NCBI RefSeq assembly: GCF_009834535.1
Contig: NC_045697.1
Coordinates: 95,730,001 to 95,794,000, forward strand
Source of the DNA: Camelus ferus
Taxonomy: Eukaryota
DNA length: 64,000 nt
Direction: 5' to 3'
The translations under genes were made by a program, and so were the position numbers. Every line of letters begins with the position of its first letter. Positions within the stretch are counted from its first letter, which is position 1. The notes under the pieces were generated by a model. That model had not been told where the DNA came from, ran no database searches, and saw only the letters and a program-made list of their open reading frames with translations. Of this stretch, positions 12,186 through 24,465 are shown in pieces.

Positions 12186-13689
12186 TCTTTATTTCATATC
12201 TTCATAGAAATAAACAGGTTAAGAACAAGAGGAATGACATTTTTGAAATACTTTACCAAAGGTGGAACTGTTGCTGTGAGGAATAGTGATATTCATCCTC
12301 TGTCCAAGTTATTTTTCTTTCATCATCTTGGCTCTTAGTCTATTTCTCCTCCTCTCTTCTGTTGCATTTCCTCCCTAGTTTTGAGGGTGGCAGTGTTACT
12401 GAGCTATGATGCAAAATGAAAAAAATGCCACTTTCTGTCTGAAAGGCTCAAAGTTTCTATTTTAAGCCCAAGGATATATTTTTAAGATGCTTACTTTCTT
12501 TTAGGCTCAATTGCAGTTTCATCTGCTTCCAGGGACGGCTCTTAATCTGAGTGCTCTCTGCCCTGGATTTTGCTGATGAGGCAGTTTTCAGAACATTCTG
12601 GTATTTACTAAATAAGAGGAGCTTCTAAGTCAAGTATTACAGGGAAGGTCGTCTCATTCTAAAGACTCTGTACAAATTCCTCTTTCTTCTCCCACAGCAG
12701 TTAGGGGTTTTTACTTTTTAACAGTCTTGTTCCCACCACATCTAGGTTAAAGAAGAACAGGAATTTATGAAAAGGACATACTAATAAGCATTTATAAAAG
12801 AAAATAATATTATTATTATACCACAGGGGTAAAAATTCATAATGACTATTTTAGTGCCATAGGAAAATATTCATATTTTAAATTAAATGCAAGAAGGAAA
12901 AGAAGTTATAACCAAACATAGAAATGTTTCTTTACCAACTTATAATTAAATTTTGTAAATTATCCTTGAAATTAAACGAAAAGCAAAGATAAATCAGTAG
13001 GTATATTCATACAGCAGAAAACCTAAGAAAATTTGCTCAATTTATTACTCATTGGGATTCTGTAAATAAATTTAAAAAAAGTGAATCAGAGACGACAGTT
13101 TAAATGGTAAAACCTTATAATTTGCACCAAAATGATATTTAATCAATATGTAAACCAAGTATTTAGTGTTTCTCCTACTTCTATTACATAGAATTACGCT
13201 TTTTAGTAGTGGTTTTTTTGGCTTATGTAATCTTGTGTAAATTGACAAGGGATCAATGAATGGCCACAGATATAAAAACGCAATCTTCCAAAGATGCTTC
13301 CAAACATTTGCAACTCACTCAAAATGTTGAGTGTGCTGTGCCTCATACAGGAACTTTAGAATGTAACTGGTGATCAAAAAAAAAAAAAAAAAAAAACCAC
13401 CATGTAAATGTATCATACTTACTCAGCAATTAATTACTTCCATTCCATTTAACCAAAAATAAAAATAATTAGGCTTTATTCAGCTGCTTGAATACTTTTC
13501 TTTAAAGTGCTTTACTTTTATATTGGTTTAAAGGTTGCCAGGAGAAGAAAAAGAAAACAACTGTAAGACAGTTTGTTCTTGGGTTACTTAGTGAACACAG
13601 AAGATACTAACTGAAAAATGTCTATGTTTGAGAACGGTTTTATTGTTAATTGCTTAGAATGCTTTTTACTTCTTTGGCTATGAAAGAGC

Positions 13690-13950
13690 TTTGCTATCTC
13701 CATTTGCTCCTCCTGCTGCGGGACCTGCTCCTGCTCCTTGTCGGCTCCCGCTCTGCTTCCCCCAAGGGGGATGTGAAAGAGTGGAAAGCCTCCCGTCACC
13801 CCAAATCTCCGCCCTAAACCCTGACTCTCTTCTGTGCACTGCCTGGCCATGCTGGCCTCCTGTGGGTTCAAACGCTGGGTGACAATTGTCACCCTCATGT
13901 ATTACAGTCTTCCTCGGCTACTAAAGAGCCCCGCTGTGGACGTTCAGGTG
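13690..13950. promoter_or_regulatory. Small CpG-retaining GC-rich element, candidate promoter/first exon or enhancer
   Basis: About 9 CpGs in about 240 bp in an otherwise CpG-poor window; GC-box-like ctccgccc near 13807; perfect palindrome gggtgacaattgtcaccc (13877-13894); donor cag|gtgagg at 13947/13948. Confidence 0.35.
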
Positions 13951-13999
13951 AGGCTTCTCCTTCTGATGGACTGTCCTCTAGAAAACTCTCTGTGTTCAG

Positions 14000-14430
14000 G
14001 ACATAAATAACATACTGAATACCTATTAAGACTGAGGCACCATTCCAGATCACAGGGATAAAATTGTGAATATCACCCCTTTTCTCATGAAATTACTATT
14101 GTTGGAGGCGGAGACAGAAAATATATAAATATTGAAGATCATTTCAGACAGCACAAAGCACAGTACAGGACGTGAGAGGTTAGAGAGACAGGCAGGGGCT
14201 CCCTGTGAAGGTGACACAGGAGGTGAGAATGGAATGACAAGTAGAAGGAAGGAAGCACATGGAGATCCCACAAAAGAGTTTGTCAAGTTTGGGGCTTTCA
14301 AAGAGCAAACTCTGGAGGAAGCAAAAGCGAGAGAAGGCAGGCCAGTGTGGCTGAAATTAAATGAAGGAGCGGTGGGTGGTTGAACGTGAATTTAGAAAAG
14401 ACATGAAGACCCAACCTGTAGGCCTCAAAA
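14000..14430 (-). mobile_element. L2 LINE 3' fragment
   Basis: tactgaatacctatt...ggcaccattccaga; ttctcatgaaattact; aggccagtgtggctgaa. Confidence 0.7.
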
Positions 14431-16199
14431 AACAATGATACGGCAACTGCAGTGTCCTAGCTGGAGTTGAGAATTACCTCTAAAAGGACCTCGATTAAGT
14501 TCTCAGAGAAGATCATGTTTTCTCCAGTGTATCTCAGAATGAAGGGGACGTTTCATTTTCCCAGTTACCCCTGAGCACCCCCCAACCACAACTCTGCACA
14601 CATACACCTGTGCTTGCATACGTAGTATTACTAGCCGTGTACACTTAATATGCTTGTTGAAAGTCCAGTCTGCATCCAGGACTACCCACAAAGGAGTTGT
14701 CCTTCTGAAAACTCTGCAGAAACAAGTTGTGGCGCTGAAGGACCCATGCCACTTGTAATCACAATCATAGAGCACAAACCAAGGCTTTTCCACAAAGTTC
14801 TGCAGTAAACTGGGGTTCCAAATCAAAACAGGGCAGGAGCTGGGCCAGCACTCGACTGTTCGTGTAGCTTAACCCCAGCTCCTGAGAGTCTCTCTTCCAA
14901 AGTCTCATAGCCTGGCCCTGCTAGACTTCTGTGTGCTCCCTTCCCTAGAAAGCAACGGGCAGAGGGAGAGCGTCTCACTGAGACCATCTGTGCCTCCCAG
15001 CGTTTCTCTCCCTGACCATGGCAGTAGGCCTGGTGTGGTCCTGCCATGGTCCTTGTTTTCCCCGCAGGTGTGCATTTATGCAGTGGCTGCCAAACAGAAT
15101 CACGGGGAACTGATGGAATGATAAACTTCACATGATGGCCCACCTGGAGACTATCATTGATTTAGTAATAATTTTGACTATTGCAGGCTAAGTATACACA
15201 ACAGAGTAAAAAAAATTAAAGAAAAATCAAAGAAAAAAGGGAAATCCGATCAACTTCTGGAAGCCAGAAGAATTATTAGAAAGAACCTCAAATAAAGGGT
15301 GATAAAATAGGTGTTCAGGTCAAAGAGGTCCTACGTAACTTCAGAATGTTACTGAGTTTTGCGACAGCTAATGACTTTGGGAAAAAAATGTATTTTGATC
15401 ATTCAGCTTGCATGATTACGGTTGGAATTGAAGATGCTAAGTGCTTTACCAAGGTTACTAAAGGATAAAGTGAGGAAAAGGAGCCAGATCTCCTAATACC
15501 CAGGTTCCTTTTTTCCCCCAATCTTCAGTAATCTTTTTCAGTGTTCTTTCCTGTTTTACACCCTCACAGCAAAGTCAGAGGTGTGAAATGCTATGGTATT
15601 TTCAGCTACATAAACACTGAATTAACTTTTTAAGCAAATGCAATGTTTACTTATAAAACTCTTTATATATTCTACAACATAGGTGACAGTCAAATAAGTT
15701 ATATAGGCATAAATACTTAATTATTGATTTCATTGAAATTACAATCAAATTGCCTGGAAATGTGTCTGTTTGGCTGGAGAACTCATGAAATTTCCATGAA
15801 AGTCTTCCTGCTGCCCTGAGTAAAGTATTTTTCACCTTCCACTGTCACGCACAATCTACATTGCTAATTTGTTCCCATCTGATTTTCAGAAGATAACTAT
15901 CCAAATCACTATTTTTTTCAAGTAAATTTTGTGGTCATATATAATTTTATTTTTAAAATTATATTTTAATTTTTTTGAAAAACATGGCATTGTTGGTAGA
16001 TTAATTGGCTATTTATTTCCATTAGCTCTCTAAATTTGTGATTTGTTTATAGCATCTCTGTATTTATTGAAAAAAATTCTTATGTATTAAGATATTCTAA
16101 TTTCTCCTCTCAGTGCCATGCTCACAAAGATCTTTCCCATCTAAAGAGAACTTCATTTTGTAGACATTCTTTTTCCCATTAATTTCTGGGAAGTTTTTT

Positions 16200-16221
16200 T
16201 TGTGTGTGTGTGTGTGTGTGT
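16200..16221 (+). repeat. (TG)n microsatellite
   Basis: Read directly. Confidence 0.95.
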
Positions 16222-16447
16222 TTAAAACTGTAATGGAGTGATGTGAAAAAGAGTATCTCAATGCTTCTTCCTTCAACAAATGAAATCATTAGCTAATTAC
16301 TAGCTAATGGGAGTTTTACTGTTTAAATATGCTATCCTTGCTTAATGTTTTGAAATGACATATTTATTATGTTCTGAATTCTTACATAAAATTAATTCCA
16401 TTTCTTGATTTTCTTTTCTGTTACATTTAGCTGTCTGTTTGCTCTTT

Positions 16448-16799
16448 TTTTAAATTTCTTTTTTTTTTTTAATTGAAGTATACTCAGTTACACTGTGTCA
16501 ATTTCTGGTGTACAGCATAATGTTTCAGTCATATATATACATACAGATACTCATTCTCATATTTGTTTTCAATATAGGTTACTACAAGATATTGAATATA
16601 GTTCCCTGTGTTACACAAAAGACATTTGTTTTTTATCTATTTTTATATATAGCAGTTAATATTTGCAAATCTCGAATTCCCAATTTATCCCTTCCCACCC
16701 CCTTTATCCTGTAACCATAAGCCATTTGCAGCAACATGGATGGACCTGGAGATTGTCTATTCTAAGAAAAGGAAGCCAGAAAGAGAAAGAAAAATACCA
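16448..16799 (-). mobile_element. Lineage-specific 5'-truncated L1 with 5' inversion (3' end on the minus strand 16448-16721; ORF2-end piece on the plus strand 16721-16799)
   Basis: Poly-T then aattgaagtatactcagttaca...gtaaccataag, switching to plus-strand gccatttgcagcaacatggatggacctggag...aaataccat; 14-bp TSD tctgtttgctcttt at 16434-16447 and 16800-16813. Confidence 0.9.
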
Positions 16800-16849
16800 T
16801 CTGTTTGCTCTTTACCATATTATTTTAGGTATTTACTGCCCTTATTACA

Positions 16850-17765
16850 CTTTCTATGCTTCTCAAACTGAACCAGACTGAATTCAATCCACTTCCCGCA
16901 TATTCCCAGCACCCAGCAGAGCCTTTCACTCTGGTAGATGGTGGCTTCGAGCACAGATGCACAGTGTTTATGTACATCTCTCAGCTGCAAAAGCAAATTC
17001 CTGTAGGCTCCATTCTTTCAACACACATCTCTCCTTCACTATCAAAACCCAGTACATTGCCAGTTACACCAAAAGTAGCTCTAATTTGTCTCCATATCTC
17101 TTTATCTCCACTGTGAAGTCAAACGACATCACTCACTGCTCTTATTGGGATGGCCTCCTACCTAAGTCTGTGCACCTTTCCTGGCCCCCTCCATACTAGC
17201 TGTCATCCTGTGATCTTTTCAAAATGCAAAACCGAGCATCATTTATCCTTCTTAAAGTTCTTCATGGCTCCAAGCATAAAGGCGAAATGAATTTAAGAAG
17301 AACTGTGAGGCTGCACATGCTCTGTTTCTTGTTCACCTTGCTGCCTCATCCAGTAACTCACTTGACTCCAGCCTCCCATCAGCTCTTTGGATTTCTTTGT
17401 TTGTCCCTTGGATATATTTGCATGTTTGTTCCAGCCTCGGAGCTTATACCTGCAGTTCTTTCTTTCTGACTGTAAAGAGTCTTTGTCTTTTTCTTTTAGT
17501 TACTACTTCCTTTTCAAATACACACAAAAGCGCTTGTGAGACTCTCTCTGTATTCTAAGTCATGTGCTTTTGTTATCTGTTCTCATTTAACTAGGTGCCA
17601 TTCCTCTGTGGCTCTAACATCACTTTGAAAGTATGCAGGCAATTTGTCACTTACTTCATTAATGTTCTTCTCCCCAGTTAGACAATATGCTCCGTGAAAT
17701 AAAATGCTTACAGCATCATCCTGATATAGCACAGTGCTGAACACAGTGTGAGAGCTAAAAAAAAT
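16850..17765 (+). mobile_element. L2 LINE 3' portion
   Basis: tggcctcctacctaagtct; gtgatcttttcaaaatgcaaaa; ttaaagttcttcatggctcc; tccccagttagac...agcacagtgctgaacacag. Confidence 0.8.
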
Positions 17766-17789
17766 TAAATACAGAGTAAACACATGGGC

Positions 17790-19135
17790 ACTTTATGGTC
17801 TTACTGTTTTATATTTCTGAATCTGTCATACATTGAGGGAGGCAAATTAAAATCTACTGACTTTTTTTACCCTTTTATTTCATTTAATTTTTCATTCATT
17901 TGAACTTTGGTACTATTTATATAAGTACTTTATATGTAGTATATACCATATCACCAGAAACACAGTTCCATTCACAGTCTATCATTATATTTCTGTCATT
18001 ATAAAGTCATCTTCTTTGTCTTGATAGACTTTCACTTCTCTTTTAACTCAAGTATTTTGTATTTTAAAACTTGATTTCTTTCTCTTGGTTTTGTATTTCA
18101 AGGTTGAACATTGTCCACTGTTCAACTTCAGCATTTTGAGGCACTTTGTTCTAAACATGGCTCTCAGTTCAATTTCTGCACACGCGTGTGTGTGGGTGTC
18201 TTTACAACTATGAATTTAGTTTTTCTGTTAAAAGCTAAACATGTTCAGTTGATTACACTGACTTTGAGATACATGATCTGAATTACAATATTTATTCTTT
18301 TAATAACATTCTTTTAATTTTAATATTCTTTTGATAACAGCTTTATATTTCCTTTATTAAATATATTTTTATTTTAATAGCTTTCTACATCCTATATTAG
18401 ATGTATGTTGCTTTTTTGTTTGTTTTTACAATACTGCCTGATTTACTAAATACATTATTTTCATTAATTCTGTAAGTGCTAACATTTTTGTCATTATATA
18501 ATATGCTTAAACCTATGTTTTCCAACAGACAAAGGTCAAAAATTCAATCTATCGATCCCACGTGAATAAAAAAAAATGGTACACCGTCAGTCTTCTTTCT
18601 TCTTTTCACAAGCCCTAATACGCTTTTTATATTTTTCTATGATTTTTACCTGAGATTGTTATTTTTAGGGTGATATTATTACATGATACTATTATATTTG
18701 GTTAACTAGAGCAAGTTCATTTGTTAATTACTATACGAATTTCATTAATTCAATTACACAGTTAACTGGTACCAACACTCATTGTCAGTATTTTATTTCT
18801 TACCTTTGGCCTCCCATTTGTGAATTCTTTATTTTAATTCATCTTTAATTAGACAGTATGCATCTTTAAATGGATTTTTGCCAGAAAGAGTAAATCAAAG
18901 AGGTTGGAGTCTTCGCGCACTTGAAAATGGGTCTTGGTTTCCAATTTAGTTTCAGTTTATTATGCAACTCTTGTGTCACAGTCTTTTACATATGCAACTT
19001 TAAAGATGTCACTTCACTCTTTTCTGGTTTAAATTACAGCACTGAAGAAGATCAAGGCTTCCTCAGAACCACCTTCTACATCACTTGCTTAATCTTCCAA
19101 ATTGCTTGTATTATTGTTTTAATCTTTGAAATTCA
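17790..19135 (-). mobile_element. Very old L1ME/HAL1-type fragments
   Basis: T-rich reverse-LINE composition; actttaaagatgtcacttcactcttttctgg; atctttgaaattcag. Confidence 0.45.
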
Positions 19136-19440
19136 GGGTGGCAAAGAAGGCTTGTACTCTACTCAGATCTGTTTTCCTACCTTTTACTGGCCCACATCTA
19201 ATGTCTTTTCCTACCCTCTGGTAGTATGGCTGGACTATATGACTGGGTTATGTCAAACAGAATGTAGGTACAAAAGATACACTACACTTTCTGGCTTAGA
19301 AAGCATTTTCTGATAGTGATTCTCTATTCTCTGTTTTCATTAGGAATAACTTTGCAGGCCATGTAATTAAAGATGAGGGCACCAACGATGGAAGGATCCT
19401 GGGTCCCTAAATTCCTATGTGGAAATTGCTTGGCACACAT
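19136..19440 (+). mobile_element. MaLR LTR (MLT1J-like)
   Basis: atatgactgggttatgtcaaacagaatgtagg...aagatgagggcaccaacgatggaaggatcctgggtccctaa. Confidence 0.65.
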
Positions 19441-19549
19441 TGGGTAAAATATTTTGTAAAACTATTACCCGCAGTATTTGGAAAGGCAGACCAAATGCTA
19501 ACTAACCTGGCAGTTCCAGAGAAAGTGATAAGGATTGACAGAAGGATAA

Positions 19550-20150
19550 GAAGGATTTATGGAATTTTGGCTGTTTAAATACATTGAGAGAAATTTTCCA
19601 GCCCAGCTTGAAAGTTTTGAGTAAACAGGGAAAGAGGACGCTGGGAACTAAGCAACACACAAACACATCTCCCCACACACAATCATTAACTGTAATATAA
19701 AAAGCAAAAAGATCTACAAGAAAGAAAATGCAATCTTATTTTACTATGTGTCTCAACAATAGGCAGAATTTGTATAGTCATAATAATATAAGCAATGGAT
19801 ATTTATTTGACTACACATTGAGATGTAACAATAATCACAGTATGTGCATAGGACTATGTGTGAGAGTGAAAGTGACAGAGAGGCCAACATAAATAACAAC
19901 TTTTAGGAAAAAAAGCAGCACAGGATAAATATACAGCATGCACTTTAGAAATCTGAAAGTGAATAGCAAAATAAAGAGCTAAAACAATGGCTAGTAGTTG
20001 CGATCCAACAGTAGGAATGAACAGGCAAAAGGTAAAGAAGAGGGGAAATCTGCTGTTGGTAGGCCTTGTTTTACCATTTTACTTTTATACATAAATAAAA
20101 TAATGTATGTGTTTTACTTTTATGCAAATAAACTTAAATAAAATAAAGTC
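19550..20150 (+). mobile_element. L1MC4/5-type 3' UTR fragment
   Basis: aagaaagaaaatgcaatc...tgtatagtcataataat...tttagaaatctgaaagtgaatagcaaaataaagagctaaaa. Confidence 0.6.
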
Positions 20151-20309
20151 TATATAGTCTTAAACTGGTGATGAATATACAGACTCCCTCTTAGACATCA
20201 AGGAATTTAAACTCCTGAATTCACTGTGTATACGACTTAATAAAAAAAATTATTTCTTCACAGTTCCCAAAAATGTGCTTTATAACATCTAAGAATTTTG
20301 ATGTTCATG

Positions 20310-20530
20310 AGAGGGGTTTCTATGTTCAAATATATTCGGGAATCTACTGTATTTTCCCTCTTGAGAGTCACAACTCACTTCAATATATTTAGACGATTTT
20401 TGAGTCCACAAGGAAAAAAGCATTTCAATTTTGTCTGATCCATTTTTTTCAACAAACACATTTAAGCCTAGAACACTTTTTCTTTAGCTTGAAAATTATC
20501 TTGTCAAACAGTGCTTTGTGAGACATTGTA
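20310..20530. mobile_element. Old hAT-Charlie MITE (MER112/MER113-like)
   Basis: ttcaaatatattcgggaa...ccctcttgagagtcacaa...catttcaattttgt...agaacacttttt. Confidence 0.5.
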
Positions 20531-21138
20531 CTTACAATCCTGTTTGTGTGCATCTATGTGTTCTCCTTAAATCTGTTATATAATATAGACCAAGATTTTA
20601 CATAAAATCTTGTATAAAAAGGTCTGTATCTGTAATATAAAAGAGTGCTCCTTAAGACTGTATGAATTCATAGTTCTATTTTATTCCTTATATTGTCCAG
20701 GGATAGAAATATAATAGTGCTAAATATAAGGTCTGCTGAAAAATACTACTTTTATAAGCATTATTTCAAAAGAATCTCAGTGGAGGCCAGATCTGGGTAG
20801 CTAACTACACAAATAAGAGCACTACAATACAGTATGGGTCAGGACTGGAAGGTTCAGATCCAGACTAAACAACAAAAAAATCAGTGCCTTGTTGGCATCA
20901 GGGCTACAGAGGGAAGAAGAAAGTGTCAGTGGGTTCATCTATTGATGCACTGATAGCAAATGAATGTAAATAGGTATTATGGAAATGAGATCTGCACTCC
21001 AGTAAGAGAGTCCATTCTGCATCTCAAAGCTGGAAGGCGTATTTGCATATACTATGAATATGCATATCATTTCCTGATATGTGATAAAGCTCTTAAAGCC
21101 CTACTAGTACAGGAATCTCATTTTATATATGTTATTCT

Positions 21139-21497
21139 TTTTAAGAGTTTTATTGAGATAAAATTTAAATATGATATAGCACACTTAAAGTACACAGTGC
21201 AATTTTAAAAGATTGTATTCATAGAGATGTGCGAATACCATCCAAATCGAATTTTAGAACATATTCCTCATTTCAAAATGAAACTCAATGACATCTCACA
21301 TTCTCATACCCATGCCCAACCCCTGACTCCAGGCAAACAATAATCTACTTTCCATCTCTACAGAGTTGACTATTGTGGATATTTTATACAAATGGAACCA
21401 TGATATATATGGTTTTGTGAGGGACTTTCAGTCACTTAGCATAATACTTTCAAGGTTCATCCATGTTGTAGCATGGACCAGTGATTCATTATTTTTT
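21139..21497 (-). mobile_element. L1MB 3' end
   Basis: ttttattgagataaaattt...aattttagaacatatt...ccaggcaaacaataatctactttc...caaggttcatccatgttgtagcatg. Confidence 0.85.
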
Positions 21498-21499
21498 CC

Positions 21500-21625
21500 A
21501 CTGTTCAGTCAATTCAAAAATTTCTGAAGTGTTTAATTTTAGTTCTTTGCCAGTATTGCCATTATTTTTATGAGAGAATGGATTGCTTCTGAGAGAGAAT
21601 CTTATTTCACCATTCTGGAAGTCAG
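21500..21625 (-). mobile_element. Old L1 5' end remnant
   Basis: tttgccagtatt...ttttatgagagaatggatt...cttatttcaccattctggaagtc. Confidence 0.45.
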
Positions 21626-21749
21626 TCTCTTCATTTTGTTTTCTAAACAAAATAGTTTCATAAGTTTAAGAGGTCATCTATTTTTTATATTATTTTAATA
21701 TAGTTTAACAATGCATAATATTGTTTTTTTATCTTTTCAATTTCATATA

Positions 21750-21778
21750 AATACATACATACATACATACATACATAC
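21750..21778 (+). repeat. (TACA)n microsatellite
   Basis: Read directly. Confidence 0.95.
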
Positions 21779-22702
21779 GTAAAATAGTCCCCCAACAGTA
21801 GAAGACAAGTATGGAACATATAAAAATATATATATCTTAATAAAATAGGATCTATTCTAGTGATATAATGTTATTAAAAATGCTTGTAGTCTTACAAATT
21901 GTTTGCAAAAGAAAACCGCTGCAGTCTTATAATAAAATGAGCGGTATTTTGGACAGGTTCCCTATGGTTTTCTCTTAAAGCTCTGAAAAATTTTAAAGGT
22001 CAGCAACCAACTGGTTTGTCATTTGATACATGGGTGACTTGAAATAAATCAAAACAAGGACTAGAAAAATATTTTTAAATGAGAATTGTATAGCAGACAT
22101 CCAACAGAGAAGACTTTCTACACTTCACATCCCTGAAAATATAAGGGGAGGTAACTGTTTTGAAAAATATCCGTAGGGTGCTCAAAGATAATAAAGTACA
22201 AAAACATAATTTGTAAAATAGCACACAAAAGATTTATGTAGTATCCATAATGTAGATCTTTATCTTATGAGCAATCGTCCAATGCCTAGGGCATTGCTCA
22301 AAAGAAATCCGTCCATATAATGGGCCCTCCTGTTGTGTTATCTGAGAAGGGAACTCTGCAAGGATCATGAAATGAAAGAACAAAGCTACTTTCACTTGGA
22401 ACCTTGAAACAACTAATTTACTTCCTACATTAGATTTCAGTTTTTTCTTAGCTATGTAGCCATGGGCATGAAGATTTGAAGGGACCCTAGTTCATTTCTT
22501 TCATTATAAATAACTTCATCAATGTTAAGAGTCAAAGATATGCCTAGTATGCCAATCACTCATTTCTTTAACTGAAAAAAATATATATTGACGTCATAAT
22601 ATTATGCTAAATGCTTGAGTGACAAAGTTTAAATATTCACTTTTAATCACATTAGGTACTGTACTCAGAGAACACTCAGTACATATTCTGCAAAATGCAA
22701 AT

Positions 22703-23385
22703 AAGCATCTTCTGCATGTGTATATTGGCCATAGTATGCCTTCTTCAGAAAAATGTTTCTTGAGATCTTTTGTCCATTTTTAATTGAGTTGATTTTTAAT
22801 TATTAAGTTGTAAGAGGTTTTTTAATCTGGATATAATTATATTATGACTACATATATCATATGACAGACATCAAACAGAACTATGCTTCCCTTTTATTTC
22901 TCAAAAGTGGAAAGAAAGAGGGAAAGGGAGAGGTGAATTGGGATGATAGGGCAAATTCATAGTAATCTTTCTTTTGAAAAATACTGAAAAACACTACTTT
23001 AGGACAGAAGTTTAGAAAACGCACCAAAGGCTTTACTTTGATTTGTCACTAGTTTTTAGCTATCTTTTTTTTCCTCTTGCCATCTTTTATTGGTAATGTG
23101 GAGCTTTTCTAGGGATTTCTGCTGCTTTTTTAGTTTATTAATTAGCAAATCTTGTATTCCTCATCTTACAAAAGTTAGAGAGTCCAAATTGATCAAAGAT
23201 ACAGCATTTAATCTTCAGTTCGTCCCAGTAAAATAAATTCTGTAGTACAGCGCCATTCAAAGGAGGGAGACTGAAAAGAGAATGTTTTCCGCTTCATCTG
23301 TATTTTACTCCATGGCTCTAATTTGTGGTTTTGTTGTTTTCTCGTTGAGAATTAAAAAGCTGGGATTTTTCCTCAAAATATATAT

Positions 23386-23443
<58 letters not shown>

Positions 23444-24020
23444 CAATTATTTCCTCCCAGTCTATGGGGCATCTTTTCACTTTCAGGATGGTGGCTTTTG
23501 AAGAGAAAACATATTTCTTTTTGATGAAATCTACTTCATTATTCCTTTCTATTACTGTTTGCACTACTGTTGTCCTATTTAAGAAATCATTGCCAAACCC
23601 AAGATCATAAATATTTACTTCTACACTTTCTTCTAAGAGTTATAGTTTTAGCTTTCATATTGAAGTCTGCCATCCACTTTGAATTAACTATTTTTGTGTT
23701 GTGTAAAGTACAGCTTCAACTTCAACTTTCGTTATTTATTTGCAGGTGGATAACCAGTTGTATCAGCACAGTTTGTTGAAAAGACAATTTCCTTCCCATT
23801 GAATTTTCTTAACATCTTTGTTGAAAGTCAGCTGACTATAAATGTAAGGGCTTATTTTTTGGCTCTCAATTCTATACCATTGATCATATGTCTGTCCATA
23901 TGCCAGTACCATACTGTCCTCATTACTGCAGCTTTGTAGTAAGTGATGAGACTAGGAAATGTAAGTCCTCCAAGTTTGCTTTCTTATTTCTGAGTCCTTT
24001 ACATTTTCAGATGAATTCCA
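22703..24020 (-). mobile_element. L1M ORF2 fragment in two co-linear pieces (22703-22840 and 23443-24020)
   Basis: agcatcttctgcatgtgtatattggcca...agttgtaagagg...ctggatata; resumes at aattatttcctcccagtctatgg...tttgttgaaaagac...tgccagtaccatactgt...gctttgtagtaag. Confidence 0.85.
23388..23440 (+). repeat. (AC)~26 microsatellite
   Basis: Read directly; long and uninterrupted. Confidence 0.97.
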
Positions 24021-24029
24021 CATAATCTA

Positions 24030-24465
24030 GTCTTGGCCAAACATTACAACCCACACTGATTGACACGGGCGGGGCAGCATGATTCCTCCAAAGCTAATCA
24101 GGGTCTATCCCCAGAATTTTATATCAATGTTTCAAGAGAGAAGTCTTCTTTAGTTTGGGTCTCTAAGTGGGCTTAATAAAATCTGGAGCTACCAGTTGCC
24201 ATTGTTACACACATAAAATAGGGCTGGACCATCTATCTGTACCAGGAAGAGGAAGATGATAAAACACACAGAATAACATAGATAAGAAATGAAGGAGAAA
24301 TGATGTAAATGTTCATAGTCTTTCAACCAGTTGAACCTGACTCTCATTCAGCTCTACCTTTTCATGGTTTAGTTTTGCTGAGCCACTCAATTCTCCTTTT
24401 TATTGTTTAATTTAGTTCAAGATGCTTTTCAGTCAAACAGAAAAGAAAGATTTCTACTTAATACA
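24030..24465 (+). mobile_element. MaLR LTR (MLT1K-like)
   Basis: ctggagctaccagttgccat; tgagccactcaattctccttttt...; terminal cttaataca. Confidence 0.6.

Noticed and set aside
13584..13898. 104-aa minus-strand ORF with an EQEQVPQQEEQ stretch
   Set aside because: No recognisable homology; explained by local GC-rich, low-complexity composition
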